Of a stretch of DNA of 64,000 bases, positions 48,402 to 60,263 are shown one piece after another; position 1 is the first letter of the stretch; every line of letters begins with the position of its first letter. A program made the position numbers and the translations under genes. Origin of the DNA: Chara braunii. Taxonomy: Eukaryota; Plantae; Charophyceae. Where the stretch lies: contig BFEA01000035.1 in assembly GCA_003427395.1 (NCBI GenBank), positions 4,799,343 to 4,863,342 on the forward strand. Reading direction: 5' to 3'. The notes below the pieces were generated by a model. The model ran no database searches. It was given only the letters and a program-made list of their open reading frames with translations, and was not told the origin of the DNA.

Positions 48402-49609
48402 CTTTTTTTTTCGTCATTTCTTCCAGAAATCTGTCTGTTGGGTTTAAATTTCTTCTTTCTTTTCCGTCCCACTGGGACATGTTTGTCCTCTTCCGGCCCT
48501 GTCCTCCTTTTCATTCGTAGAGTTTCATCCCGACTCAAACATAGGGTCTCGCTGCACTACTCTCCACTCTCCGGGAAATAGGAGAGTACGCGGAGAGTTG
48601 TCAGACTCTCCGATTTCCCGGATTTTGGGTCATCGCTGCACTAACTCTACAAACGCAGACTGTACAACTATCGAGGGTACAAAAAGACAGCTCAAAGTCC
48701 CCGTTTGTCTGCCCAGACTCAAGGTTCACTCTCCAGATTTGGAGCAAATCGGTGGTTCCTTCGAAGGTCTATCCGCGTAACGGATTTTGCAGGCTGGGCA
48801 CTCTCCGGCGTCGGAGAGTACAATTCTNNNNNNNNNNNNNNNNNNNNNNNNNNNNNNNNNNNNNNNNNNNNNNNNNNNNNNNNNNNNTTTTTTTCAAACA
48901 AGGCTCCGTTCTATTGGTGGGGAGCAACACCTGCTGGAAACCGGGAGGGAGATCCCACTACGGAGATATGTGGATTAGTGGAGAGGCTGTGTGACTCCGG
49001 CCGTCCATAAATCGGAATGGCAATAGGCGGTTTGGGTTTTTTTCTTTTTCCTATTTAGGTGCGGGGATATAGTATACGATGTTCTATGGGCCCCCGTTGG
49101 GCCGTTCGTTTTCTTTATTTTTCGGGGCAGTCCTCTGGGGGTAGCAAGTGTGTGTGAAAATCTTACCAAGTTTTTTGGCGATGGTTTCCACACACCTCCC
49201 ACTCAAGGCTCATGTGTGGAAGAGAGGCCGAAATAGACAATGTGGGAGGTGTTTTGGGAGGATTCAATCCCCTCACCTACAGCAAATATGGCATAGAGTT
49301 ACTCTGACATCTGTCAGTGCCAAGGACCGGAGTGCTCTGTGGCCCATTTCAAGGAAGGCTCAGACTACAGTAAATGAATATGGTCGCTCACATTCAGTCA
49401 TCTTGACTGCCACATCCGTGGTCAGTGAATCATACCCTGACATCTGACACCCCGCCTGGATGAGACAGTATCGTGGGAAGAGCACTTCCTTCTCCTTTTT
49501 CGCATTTCTCTCTTCATTTTTTAAGTCAAGATGAGGTTTTTCTTTTTTATTTTACCTAGTTTACTCTGCCACCCACCCGTCCCCCACCCGTCCCCCACAC
49601 GTCACACTG

Positions 49610-51257
49610 AAGTTACCTAGAATGAGCGGTACTCAACAGAAACTGATGCGTTTGATAGAATCTATTCCTGATAGTTGGAAGAGAATATTGCGGGCGAATG
49701 CCATACCTGATGAGGGGTTATGGGGCCAAATGGTGAATGTGGATGGATCCTACGATTTTAGGCATATTGTTGGCCCTGCACTAGAAGGCGGGTTCGAAGC
49801 ATGTAGGTGGCACAGGTCTGCAGACTTTTCGTTTACGAACGAAATCTACCAAGGTGACAAGGAAAACTTAGATCGAATAACAGATCTACAAGAAGTACTT
49901 GTCACGGCGCCTTTAGCCTAGGAACGCTTCTCTGGGCCCTATAAGGAGGAAACTGATAGCACAAGGAAGGACCCTTGCCTCGCTTGGTATAAACCCAATG
50001 TCAGTTGGCTGGTTTAGTACTGAAAAGCGGAGGACTGTAACTCTGGACGAATATAAGCCGAAAGTGGGAACGGAAATTCTCGGACAGAAAGTTAAGAAGC
50101 ACCCGTTTGCTACAGTAGTCAAAAAACGCTCAGAACAATGCCTTCTGAGTACAACTCAGGGTACAATGCAGAGTTTGTGGGTGGAATTGAAAGGCCTCCC
50201 ATCCCAGAAGCTGGCCAGTATGCTGTGGCTACAAGCAATTTCAGCCACAGCATCAGCAGTCTGGTTAGCTGCGAAGGGAATGGAGATTTCTACTACTTGT
50301 CCAAGGTGCAGGTGGGGTTGGGAGACTACAAGACACCTATGGCTAACCTGTCCTGCTTCGAGGCGTGTGTGGGATTGGTGGATACAACACTGGACAATTT
50401 TTACAAAAAAACAGCTTCAACTGGTCAGATGAATGGATTCTGACAGGATGCAGTAAAGGTAAGACCGAATGGAAATACGTGGCCCAGGTGGTGAGAGCAG
50501 TTATTATGAAGATAATCTGGGACGACAGAAATAATCAGCTGTTTCGAAGTCAGTGTATGTCGGATGTACAGATTAAGAAAAGAATCACGGCAGACTTGCA
50601 ATTCGGAAGGATTATCACCTGTGATTGGATTCGACGAACATCTCGCGGCGTCAATCAAAATCAAATGAAGCGGTTCAAGAAGACTTGGGGGAGGAACTCC
50701 AGTTTGGCAATTATGGTGGATGACGGCGGGAAGCTGTCCTTTTGCTCTTGGTTATTGACCACGATAGGTCATCATGATGGGGAACGTTTTAGTTCCCCAC
50801 CCTGAGTAGGAAGCTTCTTTTGTCAGATTTGAGGTCGTTACTCTCCCAGGTTTCTTTCTTTGATCACGTCCACCGCTAGGGGATAAGAGTTGTCTTTTTT
50901 GGTGTTGGTCGCAGGTGGACGTGACAGGGAGCTCAAGGGCAAGCCCGGGTGACCCAGAGCTCCCACTCTTTTTTCATGAGCTTAAGGCTTTCATTTTTTG
51001 GAGAAGTACTAAGTTGCAGGACAAGTATGGGGATGCTGGACCTGGTTTCCAGCACTGAGCAGATTCTTTGTTCAGATGCTCAGGTGCTTACAAATCCATT
51101 CATGAAAGGGAAGCTGGACCCGGTTTCCAGCAGGTGCAGCTCCCCACCAATAGACGGAGCCTCCCTGAGGATACTAGAGGTGTCTGCTCCTACCAGCACC
51201 CCTAGTATCATCCAGGCAGTTACCGTAAAAAAAAAAAGAAAAAAGAAAAAAAAAAAG
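49610..51257 (+). mobile_element. 5'-truncated L1-clade LINE (LINE D) with 3' hairpin motif and A-tail
   Basis: ESIPDSWKRIL...CPRCRWGWETTRHLWLTC...IWDDRN homologous to LINE A/B; motif at 51108-51160; A-tail 51227-51257; a short copy of its 3' end lies at 46867-47000 (-). Confidence 0.88.
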
Positions 51258-52116
51258 AAGGGTAATGGCCCCAGCTTCCGGGTAGAATTGTGAGGTCCCC
51301 GGCCTCAACTTGCTCATTGGTAATAAAGTATTCTTTTCTCCAAAAAAAAAGAAAATGATCTCCCTCCCGGGGCCAAGTCGCAGTGACATGAAATCTCGAC
51401 TTCTGACCGTAGATTCGAAAGATCAACGGCCCGAAATGAAGAATCAGCGTAAGTGGGACTTGGCCCCGGGTCCAGCGTCCCATTATACCTGAAAGGCTCA
51501 GAATGCTCAGAAAAAAAAAAAAAGAAAAAAAAAAAGGTTAGGGTGTACCTACTGAGCTAACCAAGCCTTCCCTGTCTTCCTTCGGGTATCCATTTCACAG
51601 CGAAGACAGGGCCTGAAGAGGACAGAGAGAAGTCCGCCGCACTTCCAGAGCCAATATTTTTTTATTTTTTTTTAAAAACGATAACTTCCTTTATAAAACC
51701 AGGACCGAGGCCGGGGACCTCACAATTCGACCCGGAAGTACTGACAGCATCAGCCAGCTTAGCTTACGGGCAGCAGCCTGCAGAAAGTCTTCTCTACTGA
51801 CTTTCCAACTAAATAGAGTCAATCCGATGTAGGTATCCCTAATATTCGCTTGATTCAAAGACCAGTTCATATGAAATATTCTATGACAACGCCATCGAGA
51901 ATAATCTAAAACAGCTACCTGCTCCTATTCTCCTATCCTCCTACACCTGGGACTAAGACGGCCCAGTGGACTGGACCTCCCGGTCTTGGTCCGGAATCTA
52001 TTGACACTCTCCTAAAGGCCCACCACGGCCCTATAACCAACCGAGTGCCCTAGTTGGAATGATACCCTCTAGGGGGGGGAGACCGCCCTCCCATCTGAAG
52101 CTACCACCTCTAATCC

Positions 52117-53903
52117 TCACGACTTAAGAAGCCATTCAGTCACAATCAATCCCCTGGAGCTGTGCACCCCAGCCAGCTGGTTTCCTATTGCCCACGTCCT
52201 AAGGAACCACCACAGTTCCCTCCTGGGGGCTTTGCCCTTCCTCTCCCTCCTACTCCAATCTACCAAAATGGCCTGACTGATGCCTTTCTTGATTGCCACC
52301 TTGAGTTCAGTATCCGAGAACGGGCGGAGTTCGAACCTTGACCTGTTCCTATCTGCCCAAATCACCGAGCAGATGACCGCCCTTACCACCTGAGCTACGT
52401 AGGGCCAACCCCTTTTTCCTGTGTGCCCCTCCGGCGTAAAACCTAGTAAAACCCATCTTTCGTCCCAGGTGATCAGTGCCCCTCCCAACTGTTCCCAGTG
52501 CTGTCCCCACCACTTCCAGATCCTCTTGGATGCTGGACAGTCCCACCACAAGTGTTTGGTGGATTTGAACGGCCAGGTGCATCTTGTGCACCCTAGGTTG
52601 ACCTTCACTCCTCTCGCAACCAGCCATACCGCTGAGGGGGTGACCAGTAACGACAGCATCCAGAGGATAGCCGCCTTCTTAGGGTAGGGCAGCTCTTGTA
52701 AGACTCCCCAGAGTCTTCTGAAATCTTCCGCAGCGCCCTCCAGGTCATCCAGAAGTACAGCGCTCCATCTGCTAATAGCGACAGATGTGGGGGAGCGCTG
52801 GCAGTCTTCCGACAACTTGTAGGAGTCTCCCACAGAGATGTTGGATAGATCCAAAACTGTGGATGGGGGGATTGCAATTTTGCTCCCATTCCAACCCCAG
52901 GCCAAGGGGTCAATTGCCAGCTCCCTGAGAGGACATTTTCCAACCCATTGAGTCTTAACGAGATCCCCCCTGCCATTCTTCCACTCGATTACCCTTGCCT
53001 GGGGAGGATTATCCCATCTCAGTATCACCTCTTCCCCTCTCAGATGCAGAGAAACATTCTGCCTCGAGTCCTCCCACACTTGAACCTTTCTGAACCCGGA
53101 TGTCGTAAGCTCCAGCACTTTCCAAACTTCCCGTCCAGTCCCCCGTTTCTGGGCAGTACCAGGTGTTCATCGGGTCTAAGCCACCTGGTCCTAGTATAGT
53201 CTTCCAGTCCTCCGGGACAGCCGACAGCAGGTTACTCCAGTTCTCCTGCACATTCCTCAAGCCCTGTAGAGTGGGCATAATCTCCTGGAGCAGTAGCCAG
53301 GTATTTGTGAGTAGGGACCATAAATCCGCTATCCTAGAAATGCCCCTTCGAACCCAGGCTCTGCCAAAGGTCCCTGGTTCCGTACCCGCAGAGAAGAGGG
53401 ACCCGTCTGGTTTGCAGATGTGAGGGTTCTCGAACAAGGACTGCAGCAGTACTTCCTCTTTGGTACACGGTGGGGTGCGGGTGTCCGGCGGCAGACGTAC
53501 CCAAGCTCTCCGAACCGCCTCCCAAAATTCTGACCGAAGCTTTTGCTTCGCGAATGATGGGAGAAAGAAGCAGAGCCACACGTCCTCCGCTCTACTCAGT
53601 TTCCACAGCCGCATGAGGATCCGCTCTGCTAGGTACACCCAGTCTTCTTTCTCCTCTGCCATCGCCACCCGGGAGAGCCACATGCGAAGTTGGGCCTTGT
53701 TCTTCCGCTCGGGGTCAACCAGGGCTAAGCCCCCCTGTTCTGTTGAAAAGGTTATCAGCTCCCATGCGACTTTGACAATGAAACCCTCGTCCATTTTTGC
53801 GATGGGCTTCCAGAGGAATCTGGCAGCCATTCTCTTGATCTCCATGAGGGTAGATTTCAAAATTTCTCTCACTGTGCCAACATACCAAATAAGGGAGAAC
53901 AGG
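52117..53903 (-). pseudogene. LINE B ORF2 C-terminal half (post-RT, zf-RVT-like region)
   Basis: RFLWKP..QGGLA..SLFENP..CTRC..HLWWDC..IWADRN; collinear with LINE A 17640-19378. Confidence 0.92.
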
Positions 53904-56082
53904 CTCGACTACGCTTTCTCTCAAGGGCAAAGATTACCCGGTCGCTTTCAAACCTTGGATGACAAAATCGGAATTGAAAGAACTTAAGTTGAAAGAGGCA
54001 GAGACCAACTTCTGGATCATGGCACTCAGAGTGCCCCTGGATGCAATGTATTACCTGCCTAGTGCAGTCGAGGGCCTCATAGGGGGGGTCAAGCACATGC
54101 ACGCTCCAGAAGCAGACAGAAGCCGGCCGAAGTTGATGAACATAAAATTAGACATGGATCCTCAGGCAAGATTCCGTGTAGAGGATACGCTGGTGATAGA
54201 GTCTCCAAAAGGGGAGTTGTGGAAAGTGGAAGTTGCGACTCCGTTTTCCGACTGGTGCAGGAAGTGCCGCTGGTACTTCCATACTGAGGAGAACTGCCCC
54301 CGTGAGGATAAAGTGGAGCGACCGAGCAGACAGTGGCCTAGACAGCAGAAACCTGCACAGAGAGTGGAAACGGCAGGGTCCTGAAGAAGAGTTGCAGATC
54401 AAACGGCAGGGCCTAACTCGCAGGACCAGGCAGCACACCCTGCGTACGAACCTCCCTATAGAAGGTCTCAGAGCTACCCAGCCGTAGGGCTGGCGACTGG
54501 TGAACGCTCAGTGCATGGTCCTAGGCCGCCCGACCCGAACTACCCGATACAGGGCTCTGCACAGCCTCAAGGGTTTCAGGATGAGGTTGGTCGTGCGGGA
54601 GGTGGAAGCCAGGTTGCAGAGTATCGGCCAGTCCATATGCAATCTGCAGTCCAACAACCAATATTGTATGCACAGCAAGCGGAGCTCGCTCCACCTGTAC
54701 TCATCCACCATCAGGACCTCGGAGGCCGACAGGGTAACGGTGTGCCAGCGTGTTCGCTCCCTGCTTATTGGCCTGGAAGCGGTCCAGCTCCCCTGCCCCC
54801 CCTTCCTCCTTTCCATCCTCAACACCCACTTACCTATGGCCCAAGGGCCCAGGATCCCAACTGTGCCTTGGTTCATCCGGGAGTTGGAATTTGCTACCCA
54901 ACACCAGTAAGACCGTACTCTCATCATTTTCATTTGCATGCAGAGCATAATAATGGATTGGCCCAGGCTAGTGAGTGGCCCATGCAGGAGCACTCTCACC
55001 TGATCAGGGAGAGGGAGAGTCAGGACAGGCAGAACTACGGGAATCACTCAAGGTTAGGAGGGGTTTCACACCCCCAGCTAAGCCTGGCTGAGAGGCATAC
55101 CAGTAGCAGACCGGGGATGGAGCGTGTGGAGGAATATCAAAGAGAGGGGACAACAAGGGGTGGAGCAAGGGGTGGAGCAAGGGGAGGAGCAAGGGGTGGA
55201 GCGCAAGGTGGAGGGACAACACAACTGTCCCTGTCGTCAAGGTCTAGAGTGGGGGTGGGTAGCGAGCTGTTAGGAGACGAGCTGCTGGCGGCAGGCATGA
55301 ACCCGCTGTTTGAAGAACGGTCAGAATCATCTACAGGTAGTTCGGGTGCTTCTCGCAGATAGCATGCAGCTGTCTCAGGTACAGGTAGTAGGAATGCGGT
55401 TCACGCGGATGGTGGGATAGGGTGCAAATCTAAGCGATACGATGGACAACTACCGATTGAAAGAAGAATTGTGCCATTGGTGTGCTCAAAAGCGAGAGAT
55501 GGTATCTTCTTCCTAGGGAGGTTTGATGCTGAGGGGAGGCAACATCTCCCTTCAGAGATAATTGAGAAGTCGCCAACCCCACTGGAGGTGGTGGCACGTG
55601 CCAAGAGGCTGTTCGGGGATGCTTTCCCAATGCGACTAGTCCCGAGGTCAACGATGGCTAGTGTTTTGGTTGCGCTGCAGGAAAAGGTCTACAAGTTCTA
55701 CTTTTCGATCATGGATGCTCGAGTAGACCCCAGCACTGCGGATGCTCTCTCGGGGGCAGGCGTCAGATGGTTCCTCCTGGATGCAGTGAGGGAACGGAAC
55801 AGCCAGGAGCTGGAGGAGATTTCTATCACATCAGAGGTTTCTGCCCTCCTTCTTTTGAACTTGAACGAGAAGCTGCTAGAGAAGGAGAATCTACACTCTA
55901 ACTTCCTTGCCAGTGCCCTAGTGGAACCTTGGAGAACAGCATCTCAGTCGTCTCAGTCACAGTCGTCGAGAGGAAGTTCGATGATCAGATCCCCCGCAGT
56001 TGCACAAGGGAGATGGGCTGATGAAGTCCATGAATCTAACCGCATCCAAAATCAGGCGGTAAACTTAAATGTCAATGGTTAG
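53904..56082 (+). pseudogene. LINE B ORF1 (5' truncated): CCHC knuckle, low-complexity linker, C-terminal conserved domain
   Basis: WIMALRVPL..PKLMNIKLDM..WCRKCRWYFHTEENC homologous to LINE A ORF1; single frame with internal stops. Confidence 0.85.
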
Positions 56083-58579
56083 GTGGAGAGTTGCAACATG
56101 GAATGTCAGGGGAATGGGGGACACAACGGGGAGAGAGAAGAAGAAGAGAATTAAGTCATGGATGCATAAGGAGAAGGTGGATTGTCTCTGCCTGCAAGAG
56201 ACAAAACTGAATGAGGAAAGATTAGCAGATTTGCCTTCCTGGTGGAGGGGTCCCCAGGTGTGGTCACCAGTGCAGGGAACAAGAGGTGGGGTAGCGATAC
56301 TACTGCACAAGAAGTGGTTACCGCACGTTATAGATTCGGAGGCAGACCTTTGGGGCCGTTGGGTGTGGCTGAGGTTGAGATGGGGGCAAAAGGATCTTGT
56401 GATCATGGGTATCTACGCCCCATCGGAGCCGAGTGGGCAGGCCACCTTCTTCAAGAGGCTGCAGATGGTAATTCCAGAGGCAGATAGTCTGCTGGTGGCA
56501 GGAGACTGGAATGTGTCATTAGACGATGCAATGACTGAAGGCTCCTCTTCAGCAGGGAGATCAGATGCGGTAGCACTCCTTGACCTCTTGAGGAACCAGG
56601 ATCTTGCTGACCCCTTCCGCATGCTGAACCCCGATGATCTGGGTTACACATGGTTCTCTCATATCAGGAGGGACAAAGGAGAGGTGACTAGAGCGGTTGG
56701 ATTACTTCCTAGCAGGGAAGTCCCTGTCCCAGAAGGTCCTTTCTGTGAACCACCTTGCTCACCCAATTTCTGATCACAAAGCAGTGGTGCTGGACGTACT
56801 TCTGGATACGGGCTTTGAGAGAGGGAGGGGTCACTTCAAGTTCAATAACTGGAACTTGGAGGAACAAGAAGTGGAGGACTGGGTGAAGGAGCACATGAGA
56901 GACTGGCAGTCGGTGAGGGAACTCTTCCCCTCATCAGTGGACTGGCTTGATGGGGGCGTGGCAATTATCTCAGGGATAATGGACGTCTGTTCCCGGATCC
57001 TGGCCAGGGACCGCAACAGGGAGGAGGCGGACTGTAAGAAGGCAGTAGAACGGGCGGAATGGAAGATGGAGCAACATCCGGTCTCTGAGCTTTTGTGGGC
57101 GGCCGAAAGAGAGAGAAGCTTGGCAAAGTGGGACAAGCTCCAGTTGGAAAAGCATCAAAGGTGGGAAGAGGCACTGCGAGTGAAGGGAGTGATAGTGCAA
57201 GACAGGCTCACAAAGGACACTTTTCAGAGGTTACTGCCCAACAGAGATTACCAACAAGTGGTTCAACTGAACCATCCGTTTGACGAGAGGGCGGTCCCGG
57301 TATCAGACCCGGGAGGAATGCTGGAGTACGCCCGCCTATACTACGCGGACGTTTTGAGCACCAGGCGTACACATGACACAGTCCACTCAGATCTATCTCA
57401 AGAGATTGATATGTGGGCAGACACAGCGGTGGTGTTGACGAATGAGGAAAGGCTCTCCTTGGACAGGCCAATAACGATGGAGGAGGGCCAACAGACCTTA
57501 AGGGTAATGGCGTCCGGTAAATGCCCTGGGGTAGATGGACTGACGGTGGAATTTTACCGCAAATTCTGGAATACGGTAGGACGTCCGCTAGTAGAAGTTT
57601 ACAATGACGTCCTCACAGGGGGTAGGCTGGGCAAGGGGATGACGCATGGGGTTATCTCGCTGATGTTCAAGAAGGGTGACAAAGCCAATGTCCGAAACTA
57701 CCGTCCTATCTCGGTGCTCAATGTGGACTACAAGATTCTAGCCAAGACGCTGGCGCTGAGACTGGGGAGGCTGCTAGCAAGTCTGGTGGAGAGGGACCAG
57801 GGTGATTTTGTGCAGGGAAGGTCTATATTTGTTAATATTCTTACGGCTATCGAGTTTGAGGTTGTGCAAGCCAAGAATAGAGAAGTTGCAGTACTTTTGC
57901 TAGACTTGGAAAAAGTCTATGATCGTGTGGGATGGGCATTCGTTCTGGCGACACTAAGGAAAATGGGTTTTGGTGAGGGTTTTTGCAGATGGGTGATTGC
58001 AATGTATACGCTGTCAACCTCAGCAGTTTTCGTCAATGGCCACCTGTCTCAATCGTTCCAGCTGTCCCGTTCACTACGTCAGGGTTGCCCCCCCGCCCCA
58101 CTCCTCTTTGTGCTCCAGTTGGAGGTCCCCCTGAACTGCATCAGGAAGCACCAGAGCATTAGAGGCATTCAGATTTCGACAAACAAGGATTGCAGGGTGA
58201 AAGCCCTAGCGGATGACCTGTTTATGGTATCCGAGAATTCCAAGTCATCCCTAGAGGCGATCAAGACAATCCTCATGAACTACTCACAGTTGTCTGAAGC
58301 GCTCGTCAATTGGAACAAATCTGCTTACATTCTCCCTACACAATACTCACTGCAAGTGGAATGGGGAATGCAGCGAGTGGACTCTAAGGCAGGGGAGCGA
58401 TTCTTGGGAGTATTGGTGAGCCTACAGATCATGGAAAGTGCACAGGGACTGGTCCTGCAGCAAAGGTTGATGACCAAGCTCAGGGTCTGGGGCTCAGCGT
58501 GGCACCTCTCCCTGTTTGGGAGAGCGTTGGTAATCAACGTGGCCCTGTTCTCCCTTATTTGGTATGTTGGCACAGTGAG
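56069..58579 (+). pseudogene. LINE B ORF2 N-terminal half: APE endonuclease plus RT
   Basis: TWNVRG, CLQETK, IYAP, GDWN, SDH; YRPIS, DLEKVYD, RQGCP, LADD; one frameshift near 56690. Confidence 0.95.
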
Positions 58580-58657
58580 CCAAGATTTATGAAGTGGACG
58601 GAACTTGTGAGCTTACCTCTACCTTTTTTCTTGAGGATTCTTTTTGGGGGAAACTAC

Positions 58658-58872
58658 GTCGCAAAAACGAGTTATAATTGCACAAGGGGCCAAGATACAG
58701 TTTCGAATTGCAGTTCGGGCACTGTATACAACCCAGCTTTCTGTCCAGGTAGGGTGCCCGAACTGCAATTGCAAACTGTATCTTGCCCCCTAGTGCAATT
58801 ATATACAGTGCCCGAACTGCAATTGCAAACTGTATCTTGGCCCCTTGTGCAATTATAACTCGTTTTTGCGAC
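58658..58872. mobile_element. Foldback MITE with ~70-bp inverted arms
   Basis: GTCGCAAAAACGAGTTATAATTGCACAAGGGGCC... inverted at 58803-58872. Confidence 0.8.
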
Positions 58873-59572
58873 TCTACTGAAGTTACCCCTTTTTTGTTTC
58901 TGTTTTTTTTTACTTGATGATTCTTTTTTTTTTTTTTTTTTTTTTTTTACTTGATGATTCTAACTCAAATGGTTCAATGTTTTTTTTGAGTTGAGCCTTT
59001 GGGCGAGGTCCCACTAGCAAGAGCAAACGGGATTGGATAAATATCCTGAAGACATACAGAAAAGCAATTCAACCTCGACATTCTGCACCTTTCCACAAAC
59101 ACGTCCAGATTCAGGTCTTCAATCCAATCCTCTTTGCTAGTGGGACCTTGCCCCTTGTTCTCGGAAGGGGGGAGCTGTGTGAGGCGGAGTCAATTCTCCG
59201 GCATGTCGTGGTCTTCTGCCTACCGACATTTGTTCTGGGCGCAGATTCTGAGTGCTGCCATTTTCTGACGTGCAGCCTGTGCAGATGTGCGCAGCAGCGG
59301 GTGTCCGTGGTTTGCTGCTGTTCCTGCTCAGCACGGCTGAGTGATTTTTTTATTATTATTATTATTATTTTTTTATGGGATGGGCTGTGTGACAGATACG
59401 CACTCTGTTTAATCATGGCTGGCTGTTCTCGTAGGCTATTTGTCGCTGGGTTTCTGACAACAGTTCTCTTTTTTTTTTTTTTTTTTTTTTTTCAAAGATG
59501 ACAACAGTATACGTACGCCAGTTCCACAGTGTCTGTCCCCGAATGGCTGATGAGGAGCAGTGCAGAGCTCTA

Positions 59573-59677
59573 CAGTCTTCCCCCAAATACGACGTACGGT
59601 CATTATAGCTGAATCCAGTCCGAAAGATACACCACATTCGGCAATAATGACCGTGCGTTGTATTCGGGGGAAGACTG
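59573..59677. mobile_element. Tc1/mariner-type MITE
   Basis: TA|CAGTCTTCCCCC...GGGGGAAGACTG|TA. Confidence 0.9.
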
Positions 59678-60158
59678 TAGATTGAGGAGTGCTGCGACTG
59701 CTCAGCTCTATATATCCACCCTGTTGCATTCTGAGGGCTGGCGATTAGGCTTTCCCGCTGGTCTCATTCAGCTGGGGGGCGCTGTTCCGGACACCCCCTT
59801 TGACACCAATTTCAGTTGCAGCAGGTTTCGAGCTCATGACCTCTTCATCATCAGTGAGCGAGGGCCATATATCGGGGTATCTCCGGACAGGCAGTGTTTT
59901 TTTTTTGTTTTTTTTTTTGAAAGATGTTTGTTTGATTGCCAATCCTGAAAGAACGGGGCCGGGGTCCCCACAATTCAACCCGGTTAGTCACCTCTGGCAG
60001 CTTTAGCCAGCTTCGCTTTTGACGGGACTAGTAAGACCCGAGAAACATCTGAAATGAATTATTTAGGTGTCCTAAGAGCTCTTCAGTATCTACATTAACT
60101 TGAAGCTCAGCGTAAAGAGCTTCCATTAGCTTGAATGGATGCGAATGGATTCTAACTA

Positions 60159-60263
60159 CAGTCTTCCCCCGAATACAACGCACGGTCATTATAGCTGAAT
60201 TTGGTGTATCTTTCAGTCTAAATTCGGCTATAATGACCGTACGTTGTATTCGGGGGAAGACTG
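60159..60263. mobile_element. Tc1/mariner-type MITE
   Basis: TA|CAGTCTTCCCCCG...CGGGGGAAGACTG|TA. Confidence 0.9.

Larger units (their letters stand above)
51657..58579 (-). mobile_element. L1-clade LINE B with 5' inversion (3' part on -, inverted 5' part on +)
   Basis: Poly(T) 51657-51673; ORF2 C-terminus on - (53903-52117); ORF1/EN/RT on + (53904-58579); 36-bp duplicated junction; TSD GAGCCAA(T/G)ATTT. Confidence 0.92.

Noticed and set aside
51570-51640. Hairpin followed by CTGAAGA-GGAC..GTCC near the LINE B target
   Set aside because: It lacks the GAAA box and a cleavage triplet.
59530-59572. GTC-CC..GG-CTGATGA-GGAGC..GCTC hammerhead-like motif
   Set aside because: After removing the adjacent MITE the sequence continues TAGATT, not GAAA; there is no stem III.
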